Positions 50,879 through 59,830 of a stretch of DNA of 64,000 nt are shown piece by piece; the stretch's first letter is position 1; every line of letters begins with the position of its first letter. The DNA is taken from positions 10,732-74,731 of the forward strand of contig CAYVMC010000008.1 in NCBI GenBank assembly GCA_964452495.1, in the 5' to 3' direction. This DNA comes from an uncultured Muribaculaceae bacterium. Its GTDB lineage: Bacteria > Cyanobacteriota > Vampirovibrionia > Gastranaerophilales > Gastranaerophilaceae. The notes beneath the pieces are model-generated. The model had not been told where the DNA came from. It searched no databases and was given only the letters and a program-made list of their open reading frames with translations. The translations under genes and the position numbers were made by a program.

Positions 50879-52288
50879 ATGAAGAGATTTTTATTTATAC
50901 TAACTTTAACTTTGCTGCTTGGTAGTGTTAATTGTGCAAATGCTTATACATCCTATAAGGCTGATGTAAAAGAAATTAAAAGCATTTTAAAGAACCAAAT
51001 TCAGGCTGCAAATAAGTACGATTATCCTGATTTTATTAAATACTTTGATTTTGGTTATATTAACTCCGACGGTTTTTGTCTAGATATTTATTCTAAACTG
51101 GTAGAGGATACCTGGACTTCATATAACAATATTCAATACGCTCAGAAAATTAAAAATATAACAGTTAACAACAAAGATGCTATTGTGGAAGTTATAGAGA
51201 CAGCTAATGCTAAAATTGAGTCTGAGTACAATATGAGCGGGCATCTGAAAAGTATTGCAAATAATGTGTACTTTTTAAAGAAAACAACAAATGGATGGAG
51301 GATTGTTTCGGATGTAATAATAACTGAAGATACCTACCTTTCATTTGGAGAATTGAGTAATTATACTCCTAGTCTTAATGTTCCTTATCAAATAGGTGCA
51401 AACAATAATTACACAGCTACTCTGGAATATGTAGCTCCCAAAAATACAATAGCAATTGCTTCAATCAATCAGGAAAAGGTTTCTTATCCGCAGCAAGCAT
51501 CTAAAGAAAATTACAGAAAACTCCCTGATGATGGAGTTTTAGAACGTTTTTTTACTGCAAATGGTGATGGTGTTAATGAATACATTGTTGCTTCTTTGGG
51601 ACTTACAAGACCTGAGTTTGAGAAAAATGATCTTCAGATCAATGTTACTGGAATTGCTTATGTTATAAAAAGAGTAAATGTTATTCCTGAAAACAAGTTT
51701 ATAAATAAATCAGATATTATTCCTGTAAGCCGCCGTTTACAACAATTAAAGGATGAAGAAAATAGAGCTGAGGCTGCAAAAACGGAGTCTAAAAAACAAA
51801 AAAAACGTGAAATTAAGCAAAAAGATGAGTATTCTGCAGTTAAAGAAATAAATGATAATGTTGTACCCTCTGAGTCAACAAATCAAACAAAGATTGATGA
51901 GGCACAGGATAATAAAATACTTCCTTTAGAACAAGATGCATTTATCATTAATAATGTGAATAATGAAGAACAGTCTGTGTCTGTGGATGTGGAAGAAACC
52001 ACAAAATCTAATGTTGAAACTGGCAGTGAAGGGGTATCTGATGTTAATAAAGAAGAAAATAATGAAATTAAAGAAACAACAGAACTTAATAAAAATTATG
52101 AAAAAGCTGGTGACTCAATATTAGAGGACGATAATGACAAAAAACATGTCGAACCGGGGGATAAAGCTAAAACAAAAAATAAAAAGAAAAATAGGGAAAA
52201 GTCATTAAATGGTACTTATTCACCAACAGTTATTGGCATTCCTACAACATCAACTGTGTGTCCGATTGATGAATCATCAGGTAATTAA
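50879..52288 (+). CDS. secreted protein with NTF2/SnoaL-like N-terminal domain and Lys/Glu/Asn-rich low-complexity tail
   Basis: Signal peptide MKRFLFILTLTLLLGSVNCANA (ATG 50879). An NTF2-like pattern ends in KKTTNGWRIVSD. The C-terminal roughly 180 aa are low complexity. Confidence 0.6.
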   Translation: MKRFLFILTLTLLLGSVNCANAYTSYKADVKEIKSILKNQIQAANKYDYPDFIKYFDFGYINSDGFCLDIYSKLVEDTWTSYNNIQYAQKIKNITVNNKDAIVEVIETANAKIESEYNMSGHLKSIANNVYFLKKTTNGWRIVSDVIITEDTYLSFGELSNYTPSLNVPYQIGANNNYTATLEYVAPKNTIAIASINQEKVSYPQQASKENYRKLPDDGVLERFFTANGDGVNEYIVASLGLTRPEFEKNDLQINVTGIAYVIKRVNVIPENKFINKSDIIPVSRRLQQLKDEENRAEAAKTESKKQKKREIKQKDEYSAVKEINDNVVPSESTNQTKIDEAQDNKILPLEQDAFIINNVNNEEQSVSVDVEETTKSNVETGSEGVSDVNKEENNEIKETTELNKNYEKAGDSILEDDNDKKHVEPGDKAKTKNKKKNREKSLNGTYSPTVIGIPTTSTVCPIDESSGN

Positions 52289-52335
52289 TAACTGGACTGT
52301 AATTCCTTAATATCAAACTAATCTAGAGGAGAGCA

Positions 52336-52803
52336 ATGTCAAAGAAAGGTAAACTGTTTTATTTATGGTTAACGCTAGCATTTTTTGTTTGGCTTGATTT
52401 TTATTGCTCCTCTGCAATTGCTCAATATATACACAACAGAGGAACTCTAGAAAATCCGATTCTAAGTATTATATATGTAAAAAATACAGGTGCGGCTTTT
52501 AGTATTCTGGAACATTCTACAACGCTTCTCATATTGATTTCTCTCTTTGCCTTGTTTGGGATATTACATTGGACAGTAAATAATGTTCATCGTGTTGGTA
52601 CAATTTTTATATTCTGGACGAGTTTACTATGTTCGGGAATTACGTGTAATCTTTATGAGAGAATACATTATGGATATGTAAGGGATTTTTTTAAACTTAA
52701 TTTCGTAAATTTTCCAGTGTTTAATATTTCAGATATATTCATAAATATTGGTGTTTTTGTTATCCTTATTCTTGTATTAACAAAAAAATGTTATAAGAAA
52801 TGA
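52336..52803 (+). CDS. lspA: lipoprotein signal peptidase (signal peptidase II)
   Basis: 155 aa, four TM segments, with NTGAAFS and FNISDIFINIG (catalytic Asp contexts). Confidence 0.85.
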   Translation: MSKKGKLFYLWLTLAFFVWLDFYCSSAIAQYIHNRGTLENPILSIIYVKNTGAAFSILEHSTTLLILISLFALFGILHWTVNNVHRVGTIFIFWTSLLCSGITCNLYERIHYGYVRDFFKLNFVNFPVFNISDIFINIGVFVILILVLTKKCYKK

Positions 52804-53726
52804 TAAAAATTATTGTTGATGAAACATTGGAAAATTCGAGATTGGATGCGGGAATTGCATCTATTCTTACTGATTTCTCACGTTCCAAAATACATTCTCT
52901 TATTAAAGAAGGGAATGTAAAAGTAAACGGAGAAACCCCTAAACCTTCACTAAAACTTAAACAGGATGATATAATACGGGTTGATAATTTAGCGAATACA
53001 ACTTCAGATATTATTAAGCCGGAAAATATTAATTTTGAGGTTTTATATGAAGATGATAATATGCTTGTTGTAAATAAACCATCAGGAATATTAACCCATC
53101 CTACAACCATCGAACGTACAGGTACTTTAGTTAATGGTTTATTATATCGTTTTGGCGAGAATCTTTCCTCTATTAACGGCGATTTTAGAAGAGGGATTGT
53201 CCACCGGCTTGATAGAAATACATCCGGGCTTTTAATGATTGCAAAAAATAACAAAACACACGAATATCTTGCTGAACAAATAAAATCAAAAACAGCGGTT
53301 AGAAAATATCTTGCTGTTGTAAAGGGTGTTTTAATGGAAGATTTTATGATAATAGATAAACCTATAGCTCGAGGTTTTACTGATACGTGTAAGATGTGCA
53401 TATCAGAAGACGGTAAACATTCAATAACGGAAGTAAGGGTTATAAAAAGGTTTTCTGAGGCAACATTAGTTGAACTTAAATTGCTAACAGGGAGGACGCA
53501 CCAAATAAGAGTACATATGGCTAGTATTAACCATCCTGTCTATAATGATACCTTGTATGGATTTGGTAAAATGAAAATAAAAACTCAGGAGCAGGTATTA
53601 GAAGCATACAAGCTTGAATTTTCAAAGCCGTTTAATGGTGAAAGAATACTGATTGAAATTGGGAAAGACGAAAAACTTACAAGGGTGTTGCAATTCTTGG
53701 AACGAAAGGAGCAAAATGAAAAATAA
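52800..53726 (+). CDS. rluD: 23S rRNA pseudouridine synthase, RluD family
   Basis: It has an S4-like N-terminus, the catalytic motif HRLDRNTSGLLMIAK, and GRTHQIRVH. It overlaps lspA by 4 nt. Confidence 0.9.
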   Translation: MIKIIVDETLENSRLDAGIASILTDFSRSKIHSLIKEGNVKVNGETPKPSLKLKQDDIIRVDNLANTTSDIIKPENINFEVLYEDDNMLVVNKPSGILTHPTTIERTGTLVNGLLYRFGENLSSINGDFRRGIVHRLDRNTSGLLMIAKNNKTHEYLAEQIKSKTAVRKYLAVVKGVLMEDFMIIDKPIARGFTDTCKMCISEDGKHSITEVRVIKRFSEATLVELKLLTGRTHQIRVHMASINHPVYNDTLYGFGKMKIKTQEQVLEAYKLEFSKPFNGERILIEIGKDEKLTRVLQFLERKEQNEK

Positions 53727-54033
53727 ATTGTATAAAATGTTTGTAATATTACTATTAATGCTTCAAGTTTGGAGAATATATTTATTGCTGCCTTCAGGCG
53801 GTCTTTTATCTTCCCAGATTGAACTTATTATTCTCTTATTTACAAGCGGATTTACTGCAGGGGTTTTTATTATGATATTTTTTCTTGAAAAGTCATCCTC
53901 TTCACTCAAAGTATACAAACGAGAATTAGAAAAAGAGTCTATTTCAAGCACCGAAGCGTCATCACAAATTAAGGTATTGGAATCTAAAATAGAGGTTCTT
54001 GAAAAGGCATTACAGCAGGCATTAAATAAATAA
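53716..54033 (+). CDS. small two-TM membrane protein with C-terminal coiled coil (LapA/DUF1049-like topology)
   Basis: GAAAGGAG SD before ATG 53716. It overlaps the rluD end by 11 nt. It has two hydrophobic helices followed by the heptad-like KVLESKIEVLEKALQQAL. Confidence 0.5.
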   Translation: MKNKLYKMFVILLLMLQVWRIYLLLPSGGLLSSQIELIILLFTSGFTAGVFIMIFFLEKSSSSLKVYKRELEKESISSTEASSQIKVLESKIEVLEKALQQALNK

Positions 54034-54035
54034 TT

Positions 54036-55136
54036 TTACCTGTCAATTGCTATGAAATCAGGGTTAACAGCAAGCCATTGATAGGAATTTTCCTGTTTGG
54101 CAGGTACAGACATAACAAAGGTTCCTCCCCAGCGTCCGGGGATGGATGTTAATATACCTTCTTTGGATAATTCTTTAATTGCACGTCTTATTGTATTAGG
54201 GCTTAAATCAAGCTGTTTTGATAATGCTAATATTGATGGAAGTTTAGAGCCTGGAAAATAATTTTCAGAAATGATGTTTCTTATTCGTTGAACAGTTTTT
54301 TCATAATAATAGTATGCTGTAGAAGCTGCCGGAGCAAAAATTGATGTTTCTCGTGGAGGAGCAAAGTAGTTTTGGGTTGGGATTTGAGCAACAATAGTCC
54401 CATATCTTCCTCTCAGGGTTACAAGAATGCCGCTTTTTACAAGTATACTAATTGCATCATTTACGGTCTTTATACCTGTATTAAACATATCTGCAAGCTC
54501 TTTATTCGGTGGTAATTTATCAGAAACTTTACAATTGTCAATAATATAATTTTCTATATCCTTTTTAACTTTATCAACAAGTGTTTCAAACTCTTTGCCT
54601 GAAAGTGTAAAATTTTTGTTTTTTAAAATAAATTCATGTTTTCCTTTTTTTTCTACTATATTTTCAATACTTAATCCTTGTAATGCACTTCTTACTGTAT
54701 TAAGCGGTATATCAGTTATTTGAGCGAGCTTCCTTGATGAGGGAAGAACTTCTCCCGGTTCAAAATTATTATCTTTAAGGTATTTTTTTATATAATCCAT
54801 TGCCGCATCGCGTTTAGAGGTTAATTTTCTTGTTCCAGCTTCTCCTACTTTAATGAAAGTACCTATTTTCTGTTTTGAAGCAAGGTATCCACGATCTTCA
54901 ACAGCTCTTATAGCATTTTGAACGGTACCGATACTAACACCTAGCATATAGGCAAGGTCTGATTTGGGCGGAATAATATCATTGTTCTGAATTTTATTTC
55001 TGCTTAAAGCACTTTCAATCCAATTGATAAACCATTCAGCTATAGCAGATGTTTTATTTGTATTTTTTAAATTTGGACCTGGTAAATCTATGTCTTTAAT
55101 ACTTATTATTTTATTTGCTGAGTTTTTGTTATCCAT
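54036..55136 (-). CDS. protein composed of four tandem GntR-type winged helix-turn-helix domains
   Basis: Four repeats of the GntR HTH signature: PPKSDLAYMLGVSIGTVQNAIRAVEDRGYL..GTFI; LPSSRKLAQITDIPLNTVRSALQGLSIENIV; LPPNKELADMFNTGIKTVNDAISILVKSGIL..YGTIV; LPSILALSKQLDLSPNTIRRAIKELSKEGIL..GTFV. Confidence 0.75.
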   Translation of the reverse strand: MDNKNSANKIISIKDIDLPGPNLKNTNKTSAIAEWFINWIESALSRNKIQNNDIIPPKSDLAYMLGVSIGTVQNAIRAVEDRGYLASKQKIGTFIKVGEAGTRKLTSKRDAAMDYIKKYLKDNNFEPGEVLPSSRKLAQITDIPLNTVRSALQGLSIENIVEKKGKHEFILKNKNFTLSGKEFETLVDKVKKDIENYIIDNCKVSDKLPPNKELADMFNTGIKTVNDAISILVKSGILVTLRGRYGTIVAQIPTQNYFAPPRETSIFAPAASTAYYYYEKTVQRIRNIISENYFPGSKLPSILALSKQLDLSPNTIRRAIKELSKEGILTSIPGRWGGTFVMSVPAKQENSYQWLAVNPDFIAIDR

Positions 55137-55288
55137 TATGCTTTACCTTTAATTTTATGTATAAATTATAAAAACAAACATAATCTGTTGTCCAGATTTG
55201 TTAAAAACTGTTACAAAAAGGCAATTTTCTAGACAAAAATGTTTTTATATATATGTAGGGTTAAAATAAAGGAAAGGTAGGTTGTATT

Positions 55289-55438
55289 ATGAGTTTAGCA
55301 ACTATTAAACTTGAGATGTTAAGAAAAACGCAAGAGGACAAAATTTCTCAAATTAAAGCTTTAGGGTATCAGTCAGTACCGATGAATGATGTTACAGAAC
55401 GTCAAATTATGATGTATCTTATAAATAATATTCGTTAG
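55289..55438 (+). CDS. candidate small protein (49 aa), below the ORF-track length cutoff
   Basis: My translation is MSLATIKLEMLRKTQEDKISQIKALGYQSVPMNDVTERQIMMYLINNIR. An AAGGAAAGGTAGG SD lies 8-10 nt upstream. There is no homology evidence. Confidence 0.35.
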   Translation: MSLATIKLEMLRKTQEDKISQIKALGYQSVPMNDVTERQIMMYLINNIR

Positions 55439-55959
55439 TAGAAAAAATATCGGGCGACAACAATAGCTGCGGCAATACCTGCAAAATCTGCGATAAGTCC
55501 TGTAATAAGAGCATATCGAAATTTTGTAATACCTACGGAACCGAAGTAAACGGATAGTACGTAAAATGTAGTCTCAGAACTGCCAACAATAATTGCTGCC
55601 AATTTTACGGTATAGGAATCGGGGTTAAGCCTTGCTGCCAAATCAGAAAACAGACCTAATGCTGCGGATCCAGATAGCGGACGTGTTAAAACAACCGGTA
55701 GTATATCTTCCGGCAGACCTATACTGGTAGTAAATGCTGCAATTGGTGTGGTAAGGAATTCAAGCAAACCTGAAGTCCTGAATAATGTCACGGCAAAAAT
55801 TATAGCAACAAGGTAGGGAATAATTTTTATAGCAACTTCAAATCCATCTTTTGCACCTTCTACAAAATATTCATATACAGGTTGTTTCTTAAAAACTCCC
55901 CAGCTCAGTATCAGTACTATAATAAGGGGCAAAATAAGCGTTGAAATTTTATTAAGCAT
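55435..55959 (-). CDS. spmB: nucleoside-recognition-domain membrane protein, SpmB-like
   Basis: 174 aa, a polytopic membrane protein paired with and overlapping an SpmA-like gene by 8 nt. Confidence 0.75.
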   Translation of the reverse strand: MLNKISTLILPLIIVLILSWGVFKKQPVYEYFVEGAKDGFEVAIKIIPYLVAIIFAVTLFRTSGLLEFLTTPIAAFTTSIGLPEDILPVVLTRPLSGSAALGLFSDLAARLNPDSYTVKLAAIIVGSSETTFYVLSVYFGSVGITKFRYALITGLIADFAGIAAAIVVARYFFY

Positions 55960-56557
55960 CGCTTAATTCCTCCGTTTTTTGTTTTGCCCAGAACTTTTCA
56001 AATATTTTAGCAGTAATAATAGCGATAACAAAAGCAATTGTTGTTACAATCAGTGTCGGGAGGATTATATCTGTCGGATTTTTTGCTCCGCATCCAGCAA
56101 GTACAGCAATTACTGTGGCTGGTATAATTTGAAATCCGGCTGTATTCATTCCCAGAAACATACACATTGAATTTGATGCAGATTTTTTGTCGGTATTGAG
56201 TTCCTGTAGGTCATGCATAACTTTTAGCCCAACCGGAGTTGCTGCATTCGTAAGCCCGAGAGCATTTGCTGCAAGGCTGAGAGCAATATTGGCATTTGCC
56301 GGATTATCCGCCGGTATGTCTTTATAGAAAAATTTGATTATTGGTGATATAAGTTTGGCAATTATTTGTACAAGTCCGGATTTTTCGGCAACTCTCATTA
56401 AACCAAGCCAGAATGACATTATTCCGATTAGTGAAAAAGCAATTTTAACAGCAAGATTTATTCCATCAAACATACCATTTGCAACTTCATCAACCGTATT
56501 ATTAAATATTGAAAAGATTATTGAACCAACAATTAGAAAATAAAAAATGTAATTCAT
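55952..56557 (-). CDS. spmA: nucleoside-recognition-domain membrane protein, SpmA-like
   Basis: 201 aa, polytopic. It matches the SpmA pattern (FDGINLAVKIAFSLIGIMSFWLGLMRVAEKSGL). Confidence 0.75.
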   Translation of the reverse strand: MNYIFYFLIVGSIIFSIFNNTVDEVANGMFDGINLAVKIAFSLIGIMSFWLGLMRVAEKSGLVQIIAKLISPIIKFFYKDIPADNPANANIALSLAANALGLTNAATPVGLKVMHDLQELNTDKKSASNSMCMFLGMNTAGFQIIPATVIAVLAGCGAKNPTDIILPTLIVTTIAFVIAIITAKIFEKFWAKQKTEELSDA

Positions 56558-56607
56558 ACTCTGATTATGCCACTATAGATTATTCCGGACAAGTTAATTT
56601 TTGTATA

Positions 56608-56637
56608 CAAAAAAAAGCAAACATTTCTGTTTGCTTG
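56608..56637 (-). terminator. intrinsic terminator after flagellin
   Basis: Stem aagcaaaca/tgtttgctt. On the minus strand the hairpin is followed by tttttttt. Confidence 0.65.
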
Positions 56638-56693
56638 AAAGTACATATCCATATCAACAACTATGACAATAAAGCTGTATGTTTTGGTTAAAA

Positions 56694-57554
56694 CTATAGT
56701 AAATCTAACGCAATACTTGGTGTTTGGTTTGCCGTTACAAGCAGTGTAGATGCTGCCTGCTGGAGTATTTGTGCTTGTATATAGTTTGTTGATTCTGTTG
56801 CAATATCAGCATCTCTTATTGTCGAAACAGATGAAGTTAAGTTTTCTGAAGCAACTTCAATTGCTGATATAGCAGAATCCAGCCGGTTTTGAATTGCCCC
56901 GATTTGGGTTACCCTGTTTGCGATGTTAGTTATAGCATAGTCAATGGTTGATAGCATGTCGTAGGCCTGCGTAGTGTCGGATAAACCGGCACATGTTAAG
57001 GCTAATGTAGTTATATTATAACCCGTTATCAGAGCAGTTGTGGTTGCTGATTCAAATAAAAATGATTCCATGGTAATTCTGCTTGATGAATCGCCATAAA
57101 TTCCTGCTTGCAGTCCGAGATCAGTAGTAATGGAACCGTCCATGAGATAAAACCCATTATATTCACAAGAGTTTGCTACACGTGTAATTTCCTCAAATCT
57201 TGCTTGGATTTCTGCCTGAATAGCTTCCTTTGCTTCTGTACTGTAAGTATCGTTTGCCGCTTGCATGGTTAATTCCCTGATGCGTTCTAAGTGGTCGGTA
57301 ATTAAGTCAAAATTTTCTTCAAGTGTAGACAATAAATCGTTACCTATTTGCGTGTTACTTGATGCAACATCATATGAACTTAATTTTGTACTCATTTGAG
57401 CGGAAATTGTGTACCCTGCAGCATCGTCTTTTGCACTGTTAATCCGGTATCCGCTGGACATTCTTTCTATTGCACTGTTTAAGCTGTTTGTTGCAGAGTC
57501 TAGGTAAGTTCGACACTTCATTGATATAGTGTTAGTTACAAGTGAAATTGACAT
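56694..57554 (-). CDS. fliC: flagellin
   Basis: It has N-terminal ERMSSGYRINSAKDDAAGYTIS and C-terminal IQAQILQQAASTLLVTANQTPSIALDLL conserved flagellin D0/D1 segments. The GAAAGGA SD favours ATG 57554 (MSISLV) over 57581. Confidence 0.85.
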   Translation of the reverse strand: MSISLVTNTISMKCRTYLDSATNSLNSAIERMSSGYRINSAKDDAAGYTISAQMSTKLSSYDVASSNTQIGNDLLSTLEENFDLITDHLERIRELTMQAANDTYSTEAKEAIQAEIQARFEEITRVANSCEYNGFYLMDGSITTDLGLQAGIYGDSSSRITMESFLFESATTTALITGYNITTLALTCAGLSDTTQAYDMLSTIDYAITNIANRVTQIGAIQNRLDSAISAIEVASENLTSSVSTIRDADIATESTNYIQAQILQQAASTLLVTANQTPSIALDLL

Positions 57555-57996
57555 GTTTATGTTCCTTTCATAGTTGTTCATCGGGTAAGCACATTTATCT
57601 AAGACAAACTTTTAGTAAAAAATTTGCTTCTAGATTTGGATATGTATGGATTTGTTACTAACTAAACAAATTACTAGTGTAACTTGTTTTGAATAAAAGA
57701 TTTTTCTTACTCTCTTTTCTTTGGATATATGTACCTACAACTTAAGTATGACATAAACATATATTATTTAAAGATTTTTTATATAAAATTTTACAATTCT
57801 TTAAAAAACTTAGTATCTTGTAATGATTTTAAGTGGTGTGAATTGCTTGATACACTTGTTCTTTGGTGTTTTTGATAAGGATAATTTTTGAAAAATATTT
57901 GCATCTTTTTTGTAAAAAAGATAATAATAGTTATATATAACTATAGTATAATATTTTATTAATTGTAAAGATTTGTAAATATTTTCTTTAAAACAT

Positions 57997-58023
57997 TAAA
58001 GTTTTTCAAAAATGTGCCGTTAA
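57997..58023 (+). promoter_or_regulatory. sigma-28 (FliA)-type promoter
   Basis: TAAAGTTT-ttcaaaaatgt-GCCGTTAA compared with the enterobacterial consensus TAAAGTTT-N11-GCCGATAA matches 15 of 16 positions with exact 11-nt spacing. It ends 41 nt upstream of ATG 58065. Confidence 0.55.
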
Positions 58024-58064
58024 TAAGGGTACAAGGTAAAACTGAAAAAGGAGAAAAAGGAACA

Positions 58065-58421
58065 ATGGCAAACAACATTAACGGAATTTTTGGTTATGGG
58101 TACGGCGTTAGATATTTAAATAACGGCCAACAAAACAAAGAATTAACAGAGAAATCAGCAGCAGAAGAAAAACCAGTTGAACAACAACAAACTGCAAATG
58201 TTGATCCCAATGAAGTATTAAACTTTCTGGCATCTTCATCAGTGAAAGTAGAAGCTGCGCAACCTGCAGCAATTGATAATAATGCTGAAACACAAGAGAG
58301 AGTTGAAGGTTATATTCAAAACTTTGAAATGATTTATTCTGTTGTGTCTCAAGAGTTTGGCGAAGATGTCGCAAATACACTCTTAAATGATGATCAATTT
58401 GTAGATGCTTTGATGGCATAA
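58065..58421 (+). CDS. hypothetical acidic protein (118 aa), candidate flagellar-regulon member
   Basis: AAGGAGAAAAAGG SD. The track start 58014 would lie inside the promoter. The gene has its own terminator. The N-half is Gln/Glu-rich and the C-half is predicted helical (my inference). Confidence 0.6.
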   Translation: MANNINGIFGYGYGVRYLNNGQQNKELTEKSAAEEKPVEQQQTANVDPNEVLNFLASSSVKVEAAQPAAIDNNAETQERVEGYIQNFEMIYSVVSQEFGEDVANTLLNDDQFVDALMA

Positions 58422-58457
58422 TAAAAAATAGTTTCTTTTTTCTCTATTAATCTGTTT

Positions 58458-58486
58458 AAGGCAGCATAGTTGTGCTGCCTTTTTTA
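58458..58486 (+). terminator. intrinsic terminator
   Basis: Stem aggcagca/tgctgcct with loop tagttg, followed by ttttt. Confidence 0.7.
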
Positions 58487-58492
58487 TATTTA

Positions 58493-58521
58493 TTGACTTT
58501 ATTTTTTCGTGATGCTAAGAT
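58493..58521 (+). promoter_or_regulatory. putative sigma-70 promoter of the orphan/calpain-like operon
   Basis: TTGACT, a 17-nt spacer, then TAAGAT, about 35 nt upstream of ATG 58556. Confidence 0.4.
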
Positions 58522-58555
58522 CAGGTGTATCGTTTCAGTATTAGGGTATTTCAGT

Positions 58556-59830
58556 ATGAAAATTCAACCTTCTTCAGGTTCCTATAAATCTAACAATCAC
58601 AATCCCTCTTTTAAAGCCGGTAAAGTTATATTTTTCAACCCTTTTCCACAGGTTCCTTTACATTTGGATGGAGCAAAACCGGTTGATGTGTGGCAACTAT
58701 ATTGTGATAATAAAAAATTTGTAGAGGCAAATAATATTGAACATATAGCATTGGATGCAAGACGTGTAAATGAATTTGATTTTAATAACTATCCACGTAT
58801 TTGCTCAAAGGCTGTTCTTGCATCTGACGGCTGTGATGTTTTTGAGTATTCATCTGAATCAGAGATGCCAAGATTTCCTTATAGAAAAACAGATAAAATC
58901 TTAAACTGGGAAAAGGATATAATTGTAAAAACTAACTGGGAACCGGAGATGATTATCTCAAAATGCAAAGAACTTATTGAAAAAGAAGGATATATCGTTT
59001 CAGACAGCAGATTAACTAACAAGGATACCGTTCTCGTTAAAAAATCAGATTTGAGAATAGATTTCTATTATCCTTATACTGATTCGTTCTCTTTTTCGAA
59101 ACCTGAAAAAATAATTGATATACATAAAAAGGCAAAAGAGTTTTTTGAGGCAAAGGGAATTAAAGCCAGTATTTTTGATACACGTGAACGATCTCCCATA
59201 GACGGTAGCTATAGTATCAAGAAAATATCAGTAGTTCCAGAGATAGAAGAGTCGCCGGATAAAAGACTTTCAAGAAGTTATTTCATAAAACAAGCTATTG
59301 AAAAGGCAAAACAAAATAATGATTTAGTGGTCTATAATTCACAGTTTTCTTATGGTGGCAACGCATGGAATCCGTTTACATATATATCAGATTATACTGA
59401 TCCAACGTCGGATGATTATGTTAGAAAAAATTATTCTAAGTTAAAAAATACTCCGGAAAAACTGATAAAATTATTGAAAGAAAACCCAAAGAAATATAAG
59501 GATATTTTAAAAGAGTATAATGAATTGCCTTTTATTTCGAATTACTTTTTGTATGGGAAAAATCATAAGCTGGTATCTTTTTCAGAATGTGCTGCAGATC
59601 TTAATTGCGTACTATTATTAAAAGAAGCAATGTTAAAATATTCCAAATTAAATAAAAGTTTTAAAGATGCTTTGCCTGACACAACTTTAAAAATACTTAA
59701 AAAATATCAATTTGAAAAGAGCAAACCGCAAATTATTAAGGGCTGCATTGCTGCTGCATTACTAATATTTGCTGGCAGCTTACTTCCTTCATTGCTAAAA
59801 AGTAAAGAGGGGAAGAATGAAAATAAATAA
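58556..59830 (+). CDS. hypothetical tail-anchored membrane protein (424 aa) with N-terminal PSFKAGKVIFFNP tag
   Basis: I prefer ATG 58556, downstream of the promoter and terminator. It has a single C-terminal TM helix IIKGCIAAALLIFAGSLLPSLL. It overlaps the next gene by 14 nt. Confidence 0.6.
   Translation: MKIQPSSGSYKSNNHNPSFKAGKVIFFNPFPQVPLHLDGAKPVDVWQLYCDNKKFVEANNIEHIALDARRVNEFDFNNYPRICSKAVLASDGCDVFEYSSESEMPRFPYRKTDKILNWEKDIIVKTNWEPEMIISKCKELIEKEGYIVSDSRLTNKDTVLVKKSDLRIDFYYPYTDSFSFSKPEKIIDIHKKAKEFFEAKGIKASIFDTRERSPIDGSYSIKKISVVPEIEESPDKRLSRSYFIKQAIEKAKQNNDLVVYNSQFSYGGNAWNPFTYISDYTDPTSDDYVRKNYSKLKNTPEKLIKLLKENPKKYKDILKEYNELPFISNYFLYGKNHKLVSFSECAADLNCVLLLKEAMLKYSKLNKSFKDALPDTTLKILKKYQFEKSKPQIIKGCIAAALLIFAGSLLPSLLKSKEGKNENK

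Noticed and set aside
52766-53401. 211-aa ORF on the minus strand
   Set aside because: It is entirely antisense to the well-supported rluD gene. It has low-complexity Ser/Ile/Phe-rich composition, no SD and no recognisable motif. This is a shadow ORF typical of AT-rich coding DNA.
57555-57720. Sigma-28 promoter for flagellin itself
   Set aside because: The only CCGAT-containing element (gcttaCCCGATGAac on the minus strand) has no TAAA-type -35 at the required N15 spacing. The nearest TAAAAGTTT is about 20 nt too far away. The fliC promoter type is left undetermined.
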